DNA of 64,000 bases. Origin: Alphaproteobacteria bacterium (GTDB taxonomy: Bacteria > Pseudomonadota > Alphaproteobacteria > GCA-2731375). The DNA lies in assembly GCA_965225945.1 (NCBI GenBank), contig CBDDBZ010000028.1:84104-148103 (forward strand), read 5' to 3'. The first letter of the stretch is position 1; every line of letters starts with the position of its first letter. The notes beneath the pieces were generated by a model, which made no database searches, had not been told where the DNA came from, and saw only the letters and a program-made list of their open reading frames with translations. Shown here in pieces: positions 1-10,107 of this stretch. Position numbers and translations under genes: made by a program.

Positions 1-1064
1 ACGGCGACGGAGCCCTTGTAAAGCTTGAGCCGAACCCGGCCGGTGACGTGTTCCTGGCTCAGGTCGATCGCCGCCTGAAGCATATTCCGCTCCGGCGAGA
101 ACCAAAAACCGTTGTAGATCAGCTCCGCGTAGCGCGGCATCAATTCGTCCTTCAGGTGCATGGCGCCCCGGTCGAGGGTGATGCTCTCGATCCCCCGATG
201 CGCGGCGAGCAACACCGTGCCGCCCGGGGTCTCGTAGATGCCGCGCGACTTCATGCCGACGAACCGTCCCTCCACCAGGTCCAGCCGGCCGACCGCGTTG
301 GCCGCGGCGATCTCGTTGAGCCGCGTCAACAGCGCCGCCGGCGACAACGCCTCGCCGTCGAGGGCTACGGGATCGCCGGAAACGAAGTCGATCTCGACGT
401 AGGTCGGCTCGTCCGGCGCATCCTCCGGGCGGACGGTGCGGGAATAGACGAACTCTCCCGCCTCCTCCCAGGGGTCCTCCAATGCCTTCCCCTCGGCCGA
501 GATGTGCAGCAGGTTGGCATCGAGCGAGAACGGCGCCTCGCCGCGCTTATCCGTGGCGATCGGAATCTGGTTTTGTTCGGCGAACTCGATCAGCCGGGCG
601 CGGCCGGTCAGGTCCCATTCCCGCCACGGCGCGATCACCTGGATGTCGGGATTGAGCGCGTAGTAGGACAATTCGAAGCGCACCTGGTCGTTACCCTTGC
701 CGGTGGCGCCATGGGCCACGGCGTCGGCGCCGACGGCGGCGGCGATCTCGATCTGCCGCTTGGCGATCAGCGGCCGGGCGATCGAGGTGCCGAGCAGATA
801 GCAGCCCTCGTAGAGGGCATTGGCGCGAAACATGGGGAAGACGAAGTCGCGGACGAACTCCTCCCTGAGATCCTCGACGAAGATCTCGCCCACGCCCAGC
901 ATCTCGGCCTTGGCGCGGGCCGGCTCCAACTCCTCGCCCTGCCCCAGATCGGCGGTGAAGGTCACCACCTCCGCGCCATAGGCGGTCTGTAGCCACTTCA
1001 GGATTACCGAGGTGTCCAGCCCGCCCGAATAGGCGAGCACGACCTTCTTGATTTCGCTGCCCAT
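1..1064 (-). CDS. argG: argininosuccinate synthase (runs off the left window edge)
   Basis: Minus strand from ATG at 1064 reads [25 protein letters not shown], then [14 protein letters not shown]. Absent from the ORF track because it has no stop inside the window. Confidence 0.97.
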   Translation of the reverse strand, partial: MGSEIKKVVLAYSGGLDTSVILKWLQTAYGAEVVTFTADLGQGEELEPARAKAEMLGVGEIFVEDLREEFVRDFVFPMFRANALYEGCYLLGTSIARPLIAKRQIEIAAAVGADAVAHGATGKGNDQVRFELSYYALNPDIQVIAPWREWDLTGRARLIEFAEQNQIPIATDKRGEAPFSLDANLLHISAEGKALEDPWEEAGEFVYSRTVRPEDAPDEPTYVEIDFVSGDPVALDGEALSPAALLTRLNEIAAANAVGRLDLVEGRFVGMKSRGIYETPGGTVLLAAHRGIESITLDRGAMHLKDELMPRYAELIYNGFWFSPERNMLQAAIDLSQEHVTGRVRLKLYKGSVA

Positions 1065-1229
1065 CGTTTGCGCCCTCGTCTGCTGGCGATCGGGATTCGT
1101 CTCCCTGGCGGCGGCGCAGTATAGGGATCGCGATCCCTCGGGCAAGAGTGCGACCCATTCGGTTCCCCTCGCCGCTCGATGGTGGCAAGCTCCGCCCAGC
1201 AGAGGCCTGGGTCGAGTCACTCGAGCGGC

Positions 1230-1404
1230 ATGGAAGAGACGCGATTCTTCGACGAGATGGGGACGGCGGGTGGGCCCACGCGCGCGTCCTATGTCGAGTT
1301 CGCGGCTTGGCTCGAAGGGCAGAGCCCGCGCGAACTCAGGCGCAAGCAGCGTCAGGCCGACACCATCTTCCGCCGCCTCGGCATCACCTTCGCGGTCTAC
1401 GGCG
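1230..1404 (+). pseudogene. N-terminal fragment of a circularly permuted type-2 ATP-grasp protein (DUF404/DUF407-like)
   Basis: [10 protein letters not shown]...[24 protein letters not shown] resembles the family N-terminus. Similarity ends after about 58 codons, where the convergent CoA-transferase gene ends. Confidence 0.7.
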
Positions 1405-1415
1405 CGCCGCCGCCC

Positions 1416-2603
1416 TCAATCGCCGACCACGCCGGCCTCGCGCAGCGCCCGGATTTGGTCGGCGGCGTAGCCGATTTCGGCCAGCAGCTCGTCGGTGTGC
1501 TCGCCGAGTTGTGGGGCGCCTCGGCGAATCTCCGCCGGCGTGGCTTCGAATCGCGCGGCGTGACGCGCTTGTCTGAGGGTGCCGGCCAGCGGATGCTCGA
1601 ACTCGACCAAGCTGCCGGCCGCCCTAACCTGGGGATGTTCGACCAGCTCGTTGCGGGTCAGCACCGGGGCACAGGGTACGCCTTCCGCTTCCAGTCGCGC
1701 CTGCCATTCGGCCGTGCTTCGAGTCCCGAGCACCTCCTGGGTCATGTTCAGCCGCTCGTCGACGTGCAGATCGCGATCGGCGGGGGTGGCGAAGCGCGCG
1801 TCGTCCAGCCATTCGGGCCGCTCCAGCGCCCGGGTGAGGCCATGCCACTGCGCGTCGGTCATCACCGCGATGCTCATATGGCCGTCGCTGGTCTGATAGA
1901 TCAGGTCGATAAAGCTCGCCGCCCGTTGCGCGTCGACGTCGCGCCCGACGAAAGTCTGTCCGCCCATGTCGGAGGACCAGAGGAACTGCAGCACCGAATC
2001 GAGCATGGACAGGCGGACGTGCTGACCCTCCCCGCTGCGAGCGCGGGCCAGCAGGGCGGCGGTGATCGCCTGGCTCGAGGTGAGCGCCGTCACCTTGTCC
2101 GACACGATGGTGCGGATCAGGCGCGGGCGCCGATGGTCCGCTCCGCCCTGCACCGAGGCGAGACCCGAGGCCGCCTGCACGATCGGATCATAGGCCGGCT
2201 TCGCGGCGTAGGGCCCGTGCTCGCCGAAGCCGCTCATCGAGACGTAGATCAGCGAGGGTTTGGCTGCGCGGACCACCGCTTCGTGAATCCCGAGGCGCTC
2301 GACCACGCCCGGTCGGAAGTTCTGCACCACGACGTCGGCGCTTTCCGCCAGCCCGAGGAAGACCTCGCGGCCGGCCTCGGACTTCAAGTCGATGGTGATC
2401 GAGCGCTTGTTGCGGTTGTTGTTGTGGAAGTTGGCGGAGAGGCCGCCCGCCCGATTGCCGTAGGCGCGGACGTGGTCGCCCAGGCCGGGAACCTCGACCT
2501 TGACGACGTCGGCACCCTGATCGCCCAGCAGCATGGTCGCCATGGGTCCCGCGATCATCGTCGTCAGATCGATGATTCTGTAACCGTCGAGTGGTCCGGC
2601 CAT
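1416..2603 (-). CDS. CaiB/BaiF family III CoA-transferase
   Basis: MAGPLDGYRIIDLTTMIAGP, NRNKRSITIDLK, VVQNFRPG, AYDPIVQAASG, APQLGEHT motifs. Confidence 0.93.
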   Translation of the reverse strand: MAGPLDGYRIIDLTTMIAGPMATMLLGDQGADVVKVEVPGLGDHVRAYGNRAGGLSANFHNNNRNKRSITIDLKSEAGREVFLGLAESADVVVQNFRPGVVERLGIHEAVVRAAKPSLIYVSMSGFGEHGPYAAKPAYDPIVQAASGLASVQGGADHRRPRLIRTIVSDKVTALTSSQAITAALLARARSGEGQHVRLSMLDSVLQFLWSSDMGGQTFVGRDVDAQRAASFIDLIYQTSDGHMSIAVMTDAQWHGLTRALERPEWLDDARFATPADRDLHVDERLNMTQEVLGTRSTAEWQARLEAEGVPCAPVLTRNELVEHPQVRAAGSLVEFEHPLAGTLRQARHAARFEATPAEIRRGAPQLGEHTDELLAEIGYAADQIRALREAGVVGD

Positions 2604-2764
2604 GGCGTGTACCTCCACCTGTCTTCGCCGTCGCGCCCGGCGCGCGAGACCACCGTGCGTCCCGCACGCGAGGCCACCGTGGTCGGAGATGTATTCAATC
2701 CCGCTTTCCGCGTCCATGATCGAGATGAAACGCCGCCAGCGCGGTTGGCAAGGATTCGTTTCCC

Positions 2765-3862
2765 ATGGGTTTCAAGTGCGGCATCGTCGGCCTGCCGAAC
2801 GTCGGCAAATCGACCCTCTTCAACGCGCTCACCAACAGCGCGCAGGCGGCGGCGGAAAACTATCCCTTCTGTACGATCGAGCCGAACATCGGCCAGGTCG
2901 CGGTGAGGGATGCGCGGCTCGACGCGCTCGCCCGGATCGGCAAGCAGGCTCGCGTGGTGCCGGCGGTGATGAACTTCGTCGACATCGCCGGCCTGGTGCG
3001 GGGCGCGGCCAAGGGTGAGGGGCTGGGCAATCGGTTTCTCGCGCACATCCGCGAGGTCGACGCCATCCTACACGTCCTCAGGGCCTTCGAGGACGAGGAC
3101 GTCACCCATGTCCAGGCCCGCATCGATCCCGTGGCGGACGCGGAGATCGTCGAAACCGAGTTGATGCTGGCCGATCTCGAAAGCGTCGAACGTCGGCTCG
3201 AGGCGCTCGAAAAGCGATACCTGGGCGGCGACCGCTCGCTCGCCCCCTTGGTCGCGGTGCTGGAGCGCGTGGCCGAGTGCTTGCGCGAGGGCAAGCCGGC
3301 GCGGCTCCTCGAGGTCGACGCGGAGACCGGCAAGGCCTTCGCCGAGCTGCACCTGCTGACGGCGAAGCCGGTGCTCTACGTGGCCAACGTGGGCGAGGCG
3401 GAAGCGGACGGGGGCAATCCCCACGTCGCCGCGATCGCCGAGCGCGCCCGGGCCGAGGGGGCGGGAATAATCGTCATCTCCGCCGCCATCGAGGCCGAAA
3501 TCGCGCAACTAGAGGCCGAGGAGCGCCGTGCCTTCCTGGCCGATCTGGGCCTCGAGGAGGCGGGGCTCGACCGGCTGATCCGCGCCGGCTATGCGCTGTT
3601 GGGTCTGATCACGTTCCTGACCACCGGCGCCAAGGAGACCCGGGCCTGGACCGTTTCCAAGGGGACCCGGGCGCGGGCGGCGGCCGGGCTCGTCCACACC
3701 GACTTCGCCCGAGGCTTCATCGCCGCCGAGACCTTCGCCGTCGACGAGCTGCTGGCGTTCGGTGGCGAACAAGCGGCCCGCGACGCCGGCAAGATGCGCC
3801 TGGAGGGTGGCGACTACGTGGTCGAGGACGGCGACGTGATCTTGTTCCGCTTCAACGTCTGA
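2765..3862 (+). CDS. ychF: redox-regulated ATPase YchF
   Basis: GIVGLPNVGKSTLFNALT, NYPFCTIEPN, DIAGLV, GEGLGN, C-terminal DGDVILFRFNV. Confidence 0.97.
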   Translation: MGFKCGIVGLPNVGKSTLFNALTNSAQAAAENYPFCTIEPNIGQVAVRDARLDALARIGKQARVVPAVMNFVDIAGLVRGAAKGEGLGNRFLAHIREVDAILHVLRAFEDEDVTHVQARIDPVADAEIVETELMLADLESVERRLEALEKRYLGGDRSLAPLVAVLERVAECLREGKPARLLEVDAETGKAFAELHLLTAKPVLYVANVGEAEADGGNPHVAAIAERARAEGAGIIVISAAIEAEIAQLEAEERRAFLADLGLEEAGLDRLIRAGYALLGLITFLTTGAKETRAWTVSKGTRARAAAGLVHTDFARGFIAAETFAVDELLAFGGEQAARDAGKMRLEGGDYVVEDGDVILFRFNV

Positions 3863-3963
3863 CGCAAGATCCGGTCGCCTAAGGCGCGGGAACGTAAGGT
3901 AATTTCTATTCCGGCCGATCACCCGGGCGGCATCACTAGCGCGTGAATACGTCGCACGCCCAT

Positions 3964-3992
3964 CTTGAATGTTCGCGCTGCGTTCACCATAT
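3964..3992 (+). promoter_or_regulatory. putative sigma32-type promoter
   Basis: CTTGAA-N17-CCATAT upstream of the RpoH-like gene; resembles the alphaproteobacterial heat-shock consensus. Confidence 0.55.
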
Positions 3993-3995
3993 TAA

Positions 3996-4036
3996 ATATG
4001 CCCCCACTCCAACCACGAGTTGGAGTGGGGGCATAT
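3996..4036. repeat. perfect 18-bp inverted repeat with 5-nt loop
   Basis: ATATGCCCCCACTCCAAC-CACGA-GTTGGAGTGGGGGCATAT. Confidence 0.9.
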
Positions 4037-4158
4037 CGAAACCCGCGTGAAGACGGGTGCGGCGGTCGAGAAGACCGCGCGACCACAGCCCGGGTCGCCG
4101 ACGGAGGGGCGCGAGCAAAGAGGCGTCGGAATGCAAGCCGGGGCGCAAGCGAGGTGAC

Positions 4159-5004
4159 ATGGAGACGCAAGCCAGTACTGTCGATCGGTTCATGCGGCGG
4201 ATCGGCCGCTATCCCCTGCTCGAGAAAGAGGAGGAGCGCGAGCTCGCGCGGGCTTGGCGCGACCACCGCGATAGCGAGGCGCTGGACCGCCTGGTCGGCA
4301 GCCATTTGCGCCTCGTGGTCAAGATCGCCCGGGGCTCGCGGGGTTACGGCCTACCGCTCGCCGATCTGATCGCCGAGGGTTCCGTCGGCCTGGTGCAGGC
4401 GGCGGAGAAATTCGACCCGGAGATGGGCAATCGCTTCTCGACCTATGCGACCTGGTGGATTCGCGCGGCCATCGGCCAGTATGTGATGCACAATGCCCAT
4501 ATCGTGCGCGTCGGCACCACGGCGGCGCAGAAGAAGCTGTTCTTCAATCTGCGTTCCTTGAAGGCCAAACATGGCGACCTCGGCTCGGACGGGGTGACGC
4601 CCGAGGTCGCAGTGAAGATCGCCGACCAACTCGGCGTCACCATCGACGACGTGCTTCAGATGGACGGACGAATCGGGCGCACCGACCAGTCGTTGAGCGC
4701 GACGATCGGCACCGACGGCACTACCACCTTCGAGGACGCGCTGGTCGACGAGACCCAGAATCCCGAGGCCTACGCGCTGGAGCAAGACGAAATGGCGCGC
4801 AGGCGGGCGATGATCCCCGGCGCGCTCTCCGGACTCAGCGCCCGTGAGCGCGATATCTTGACGCAGCGTTACCTCGAGGAAGATCGACCGACCCTGGAGA
4901 CCTTGAGCGTGAAATACGGCGTCTCTCGCGAGCGCATCCGCCAGATCGAGGCGGCGGCGATGAAGAAGTTTCGCCACGCGATGCTGCGCACCGCTGATCG
5001 ATAA
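4159..5004 (+). CDS. rpoH: RNA polymerase sigma-32 (RpoH-like) factor
   Basis: LVGSHLRLVVKIA, DLIAEG, RFSTYATWWIRA, RpoH box QKKLFFNLR, region 4 VSRERIRQIE; GAGG RBS. Confidence 0.85.
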   Translation: METQASTVDRFMRRIGRYPLLEKEEERELARAWRDHRDSEALDRLVGSHLRLVVKIARGSRGYGLPLADLIAEGSVGLVQAAEKFDPEMGNRFSTYATWWIRAAIGQYVMHNAHIVRVGTTAAQKKLFFNLRSLKAKHGDLGSDGVTPEVAVKIADQLGVTIDDVLQMDGRIGRTDQSLSATIGTDGTTTFEDALVDETQNPEAYALEQDEMARRRAMIPGALSGLSARERDILTQRYLEEDRPTLETLSVKYGVSRERIRQIEAAAMKKFRHAMLRTADR

Positions 5005-5075
5005 ATTGATATGAACTAGTGTCCTGATCGATAAATTGGCGCCGGGGGCGAGGCCGACGATATGATTATGTCTCT

Positions 5076-5805
5076 ATTTGTTTTCAGGAGGCGCGATTGA
5101 TGGCGAGAGTGGCGGTGACGATCTCTTTGAGCGATGACGAGCGCGCCGAAGGCCGCGTCCATAACCCAACCTTGCGCCCCAGCCCGCGCGCGCCCTTCCG
5201 GCTCTCCAGGACGTAGGTCTCGTCCGCTTCCACGATCCCCTTGAGCACCTCCGAATCGCTCCGCGCCGCCGCCAGAAACCGGTGACGCCAGCGGAACGCC
5301 GTGCTCACCGCCACGTCGCAGCGCGCCGCCGAGGCCTTCACCGTCTCCCCCTTCGCCAGCGACGCCCCGAACGACAGCCAGCGTTCCTTGTGGTGCAAGC
5401 CCGACAGCGGCGTACCGCTCAGCGCGTTGAAGGTCTTGCCGCAGCCCTTGCACTGGTAGCGCCGCAGACCCCGCGCCATACCGCGCGAAACCGCCCCTTC
5501 GCTCACGCAGTGCGGACAGCGCCGGGCCTCGTCCACACCAAGCTCGATCGCGGCCTTCGATGCCTCGCCCTCGCTCCGGCCCGACAGCACCGCGAGCGCC
5601 TCGCGCCGCTGCGCGCGCGTCAGCCCGCGCGCCGCCGAAAGCCACACCTGGAAACCCTTGCCGTCCATAACCCAACCTCCTGACGTTCCAGGCACTCTAT
5701 CACTAATGCATACAATTCGCGAATTGAGCCATTTGTTTTCAGGAGGCGCGATTGATGGCGAGAGTGGCGGTGACGATCTCTTTGAGCGATGACGAGCGCG
5801 CCGAA
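5076..5805 (+). repeat. 75-bp direct repeat (5076-5150 = 5731-5805) flanking the IS1595 fragment
   Basis: ATTTGTTTTCAGGAGGCGCGATTGATGGCG...GAGCGCGCCGAA is present twice and includes the RBS and first codons of the IS630 transposase. Confidence 0.92.
5173..5730 (-). pseudogene. truncated IS1595-family element (left end plus transposase N-terminus, ATG at 5668)
   Basis: Zn ribbon CPHC...CKGC, STAFRWRHRFL, GIVEADETY; breaks off after the first catalytic motif. Confidence 0.85.
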
Positions 5806-6876
5806 TTGGAGGCGCTGTCTCGTCGTTGCAAGACGTCGCAGGGGCTTGCGCGGCGGGCTCGGATCGTCTTGGCGGCGGCGGAAGGGTTGGAGAACAAGGA
5901 GATCGCCGTTCGTCTCGAGGCGAGCGCGGACACCGTGGGCAAGTGGCGTCGCCGCTATGCGGCGGAGGGCCTCGACGGTCTGTACGACGAACCCCGCCCC
6001 GGCGCGCCGCGTCAAATCGGCGATGACGCCATCGCGGAAGCGGTCCGGCTGACGCTGGAAGAGACGCCGCCGGACGCGACCCATTGGAGCCTTCGCTCGA
6101 TGGCGCGGGCGAGCGGCCACGCGCCCTCGACCATTCATCGCATCTGGCGGGCCTTCGGCTTGCAGCCGCATCGCTCGGAGACCTTCAAGCTGTCGAGCGA
6201 TCCCTTCTTCGTGGAGAAGGTCCGCGACATCGTCGGTCTGTATTTGGCGCCGCCGGATCGTGCCCTGGTTCTCTGTGTCGACGAAAAGAGCCAGATCCAG
6301 GCCTTGGACCGTTCCCAGCCCCTCTTGCCGATGCGCCCCGGGCAGGCGGAGCGGCGCAGCCACGACTACAAGCGCCACGGCACGACCTCTCTCTTCGCGG
6401 CCCTCGACATCGCCACGGGAGAGATCATCGGCAAATGTTTCCCGCGCCATCGGGCCCGAGAGTTCCGCAAATTCCTCGACCTCGTCGAGGCGAACGTCCC
6501 TGGTGATCTCGACATCCACATCGTCATGGACAACTACGGGACCCACAAGACCAAGGCGATCCGCGACTGGTTCGCCAAACGGCCGCGCTGGCAGGCCCAT
6601 TTCACACCCACCAGCGCCTCCTGGCTCAACCAGGTCGAGCGCTGGTTCGGGCTGCTGACCGACAAGCAGATCAGGCGCGGCGTCCATCGCTCCACCAAGG
6701 AGTTGGAGCGCACCATCCTCGACTACATCGACACGACAAACCAGAACCCCAAACCCTTCAAATGGACCAAATCCGCCGATGACATCCTCGGCGCCATCCA
6801 GCGGTTCTGCCTCCGAACAATCGAAATCGCTGAACAGCAGGCGAAAATCATGCGAACTTCGGAATCGGGACACTAG
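5755..6876 (+). CDS. IS630 family transposase
   Basis: HTH region, [40 protein letters not shown]; stop codon is within the terminal CTAG. Confidence 0.95.
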   Translation: MARVAVTISLSDDERAELEALSRRCKTSQGLARRARIVLAAAEGLENKEIAVRLEASADTVGKWRRRYAAEGLDGLYDEPRPGAPRQIGDDAIAEAVRLTLEETPPDATHWSLRSMARASGHAPSTIHRIWRAFGLQPHRSETFKLSSDPFFVEKVRDIVGLYLAPPDRALVLCVDEKSQIQALDRSQPLLPMRPGQAERRSHDYKRHGTTSLFAALDIATGEIIGKCFPRHRAREFRKFLDLVEANVPGDLDIHIVMDNYGTHKTKAIRDWFAKRPRWQAHFTPTSASWLNQVERWFGLLTDKQIRRGVHRSTKELERTILDYIDTTNQNPKPFKWTKSADDILGAIQRFCLRTIEIAEQQAKIMRTSESGH

Positions 6877-6946
6877 AGCGCTTCAGGTTTGAAGCTATTC
6901 ACCGGACCGTCGACGTCGGTCACGGAGCGTCCTCGCGGTCCGTGCG

Positions 6947-7753
6947 CTACCAGCGGACGCCGGGGGGGCGTTCGATGGTGTCAAGGAAGTCGCACACCAT
7001 GTCGTGCATCGCCGGGCCGGCGACGACGACGGAATCGACCACCGGCCGGGCCTGGTTGAAGCCAAATTCGGCGCCTCGCGCCGTGCTCTCCCGCCCGCCC
7101 GCTTCGTCCAGGATCACCGTGGCGCCGGCGATGTCCCACTCGCTCTTCTCGCCGAGCGAGACGCAGGCGTCGTAACGACCGGCGGCGACCAGCGACATCC
7201 GATAGGCGATCGAGTTGATGGCGAAGAATTCGGCGCCCTCGGGCGGGCCGTCCCAACCGGCGCGGGCGAACATCCGGGTGCCGGAAATCACGCGGGCACC
7301 CGACCAGCCGGCCTGGCCGCTGGCCCGGATCGGCGTCGTGTTGAGGCGGGCGCCGGTGCCGCGGGCGGCCTCGAACAGCTCTTCCGTCACGGGATTGAAG
7401 ACGACGCCCGCGATCGCCCGCCCGTCCTCCACCAGCGCGGCGGACACGGTGAATTCCGGCTCGCCTCGAAGGAAGGCACGGGTCCCGTCGATCGGATCGA
7501 CGACGAAGATGCGCCGGCGGTCGAGCCTCGCGGCTGTGTCCACCGTCTCCTCGGAGAGCCAGCCGTAGTCCGGGCGCGCTTGGCCCAGGCGCTCGCGCAG
7601 CATTTCGTCGACGGCGTGGTCGGCCTCGCTCACCGGATCGCCCGGCGCCTTGTCCCAGTGCTCGACCTCGCCTTGGAAATATTCGAGCGCCAGCGCACCG
7701 GCGTCGCGGACGCAATCGATCAGCAGCGCATGGTCGGCGGCAAGCTCGCTCAC
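6947..7753 (-). CDS. 3'(2'),5'-bisphosphate nucleotidase CysQ / inositol monophosphatase family
   Basis: PVSEADH, GWLSEE, VDPIDGT, KSEWDIAG; GTG start overlaps the pmbA stop (GTGA). Confidence 0.88.
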   Translation of the reverse strand: MSELAADHALLIDCVRDAGALALEYFQGEVEHWDKAPGDPVSEADHAVDEMLRERLGQARPDYGWLSEETVDTAARLDRRRIFVVDPIDGTRAFLRGEPEFTVSAALVEDGRAIAGVVFNPVTEELFEAARGTGARLNTTPIRASGQAGWSGARVISGTRMFARAGWDGPPEGAEFFAINSIAYRMSLVAAGRYDACVSLGEKSEWDIAGATVILDEAGGRESTARGAEFGFNQARPVVDSVVVAGPAMHDMVCDFLDTIERPPGVRW

Positions 7754-9114
7754 GTTCCGGCGACCGTCATGCCGTCGACCCGGAGCGTCGGGGCGTTGGA
7801 GCCATGGCGGAACACCAGGTCGTTCGCCGGCGTTATCTGGCGAAACATCTCCACGAGGTTGCCGGCGATGGTCAGCTCGCTCACCGGAAAGGCCTTCCGA
7901 CCCTTCTCGATCCAAAAGCCAGAAGCGCCGCGACTATAATCGCCGGTGAGAGGATTGACGCCGAAGCCGATCAGCTCGGCGACGTAGAAGCCGGAATCGA
8001 TTTCCGCGATCAGTTCCTCGGGCGAGGCCGATCCGGCGGCCAGGTAGAGGTTGCTGGCGGCGGGCGACGGCGGTCCGGCCGTGCCGCGGCTGGCGTTGCC
8101 CGTGGTCTCCAGGCCGAGTTGGCGGGCCGACGCGCTGTCCAGCAGCCAACCGGTGAGGCGGCCTGCGTCGATCAGCACCCGCTTTGCGTTAGCCACGCCC
8201 TCGCCGTCGAACGGTTTGGAGGCGAGGCCGCGCGGGCGGCCCGGATCGTCGACGATCTCGATGCCCTCGGCGAACACCGTGGTCCCGAGCGCGTCTTTGA
8301 GGAAGCTCGTGCCCCGGGCGACGGCCTGGCCCGAGATCGCCCCGGCGAAGTGGCCCAAGAGGCTGCGCGAGACCCGGGGATCGAAGACCACCGGCGCCGG
8401 CGCGGTCTCGACCTTGCGGGGGCCCAGGCGTGCCACCGCCATCTCGCCCGCCCGGCGGCCGACCTCGGTCGCGTCGTCAAGGTCGGCCCGGTGGCGGGCC
8501 GAGGTGAACTCGTAGTCACGCTCCATGCCCGTGCCCTCGCCGGCGACCACCGAGGCGTGGAAGGAGTGGTTGGAGCCGCCATAGGCGCCGGCGAAGCCGC
8601 TGGAGGTGACCAGCGCGACCCGGCTCCGCGACCAGCCGGCCGCCGCCTCTTCCGAATTGGTGACGCCCGGAACCGCCAGCGCGCTCGCCTCGCAAGTACC
8701 CGCAATCTCATAGAGCGTCTCGGCCGAGGGCGCCTCGCCGTCGTCGAGATCGAGATCGGCCACCTCGCGGGCCAGGCGATCCTCGGGCGCAAGGCCGGCA
8801 TAGGCGTCCTCCGGCGCCGCCTTGGCCATGGCGACCACCCGCTCGGCCAGACGCGACAGGGTCACGGGCGAGAGGTCGGTCGAGGACACCACGGCGGGCC
8901 GGCGGCCGACGAAGGCGCGAAGCCCCAGGTCGCGACCCTCGGAGCGGTCGAGATCCTCCGGCTGGCCGAGGCGATGGCTGACGCCGAGGGAGGTCGAGCG
9001 GAACAGCACCGCGTCGGCCGCGTCGGCGCCGGCGCGGCGGGCCTGGGCGATCAGATCGCCGAGCAGGTCGAGATCGTTGGCGGACTCGGCGTTCGCCGAC
9101 TTTGGCACCGACAT
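7750..9114 (-). CDS. pmbA: TldD/PmbA family protein (PmbA/TldE type)
   Basis: MERDY, FDGEG, TGNASRG, GVNPLTGDYSRGASGFWIE, TIAGNL. Confidence 0.9.
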   Translation of the reverse strand: MSVPKSANAESANDLDLLGDLIAQARRAGADAADAVLFRSTSLGVSHRLGQPEDLDRSEGRDLGLRAFVGRRPAVVSSTDLSPVTLSRLAERVVAMAKAAPEDAYAGLAPEDRLAREVADLDLDDGEAPSAETLYEIAGTCEASALAVPGVTNSEEAAAGWSRSRVALVTSSGFAGAYGGSNHSFHASVVAGEGTGMERDYEFTSARHRADLDDATEVGRRAGEMAVARLGPRKVETAPAPVVFDPRVSRSLLGHFAGAISGQAVARGTSFLKDALGTTVFAEGIEIVDDPGRPRGLASKPFDGEGVANAKRVLIDAGRLTGWLLDSASARQLGLETTGNASRGTAGPPSPAASNLYLAAGSASPEELIAEIDSGFYVAELIGFGVNPLTGDYSRGASGFWIEKGRKAFPVSELTIAGNLVEMFRQITPANDLVFRHGSNAPTLRVDGMTVAGT

Positions 9115-9244
9115 GGGAGGGGCTCCTCGGGGGCGGTCAAGGCACCGGACGGATCCGGTGACCTATATATGCGGTTTTCCGCCGGCGTGACCAGCCAGGG
9201 CAAGGGACCGGGCTAGGGCTAGACCGCGGCCTAGGGACCGTCCT

Positions 9245-10078
9245 TCAAGAAACCAGTTCGCGTTGCCTTTTCGGGTGGCCGCGTTGGAAGTCGTTCTTGC
9301 CGCACCTGTCGGTGCCGCGCAGCAGCAGCAGCGCCCGGGTGTCGTGGCCGTAACCCTTGAAGTGGCGCAATACGGCCGCGTCGTGATCGTAGTGACTCGT
9401 CGCCGGCATGAAGCGGAGCGTGTAGCCCGCGCGCACCTGCCCGCTGGTGTTGGGCTGGGCGCCATGCGCGGTGAAGACGTCGAACAGCACCAATTGCCCG
9501 GGCTCCAGTTCCACGTCGCGGGCGGTGCTCTCGTCCACCTCGTTTCGCTCGAGCCGGGTGTAAATGAAGAGATCGGGGCTGTCGACGACGTCGTGCTTGG
9601 CGATCCGGCGCGCCCTGTTGGAGCCCTTCAGGAAGCGGAGGCAGCCGTTCTCCACCGTGCTCTCGAACACCGAGATCCAGACCGAGGTCGTGGCCATCGG
9701 CTTGATCGGCGAATGTTCCGCATCCTGGTGCCAGGGCGTCGCCGTGCCCGTGGTCGCTCGCTTGTGGAAGATGCCGCTGCCCCACAGGATCACGTCCGGG
9801 CCGATGATCTGGGCCACCATCTCGACGATATCGGGCTGGGTCGCGATATCGATCCAGCCGGGCCGCGACACCATCCCCTCGACGCCGCTGCCGGGGATGT
9901 GGGGCCCGACCATGTGGCGGTCGCAAAGGCTCGGGTTGTCGGCCACCAGATGCAGGGTCAACTCTTGCAGCTTGGCCAGCATCGGTTCCGAGAGGCGATA
10001 TTCCGGGACCACGAAGCCGTCCCGGTGGTAGGCCTCGACTTCCCGCTCGGACAGAATCTCGCTCGCCGCCTGGCTCAT
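9245..10078 (-). CDS. phytanoyl-CoA dioxygenase (PhyH) family 2OG-Fe(II) oxygenase
   Basis: YHRDGFV, TPWHQD, ENGCL, distal His in TAHGAQPNTS..R. Confidence 0.88.
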   Translation of the reverse strand: MSQAASEILSEREVEAYHRDGFVVPEYRLSEPMLAKLQELTLHLVADNPSLCDRHMVGPHIPGSGVEGMVSRPGWIDIATQPDIVEMVAQIIGPDVILWGSGIFHKRATTGTATPWHQDAEHSPIKPMATTSVWISVFESTVENGCLRFLKGSNRARRIAKHDVVDSPDLFIYTRLERNEVDESTARDVELEPGQLVLFDVFTAHGAQPNTSGQVRAGYTLRFMPATSHYDHDAAVLRHFKGYGHDTRALLLLRGTDRCGKNDFQRGHPKRQRELVS

Positions 10079-10107
10079 GGCGTCCCTCCCTTGCTCGCCC
10101 GAGGGTT

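Larger units (their letters stand above)
5016..6876 (+). mobile_element. IS630-family element (copy 1) with rearranged left end
   Basis: Ends CTAGTGTCCTGAT (5016) and ATCGGGACACTAG (6876) are inverted repeats bounded by CTAG; contains a full transposase gene. Confidence 0.88.
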
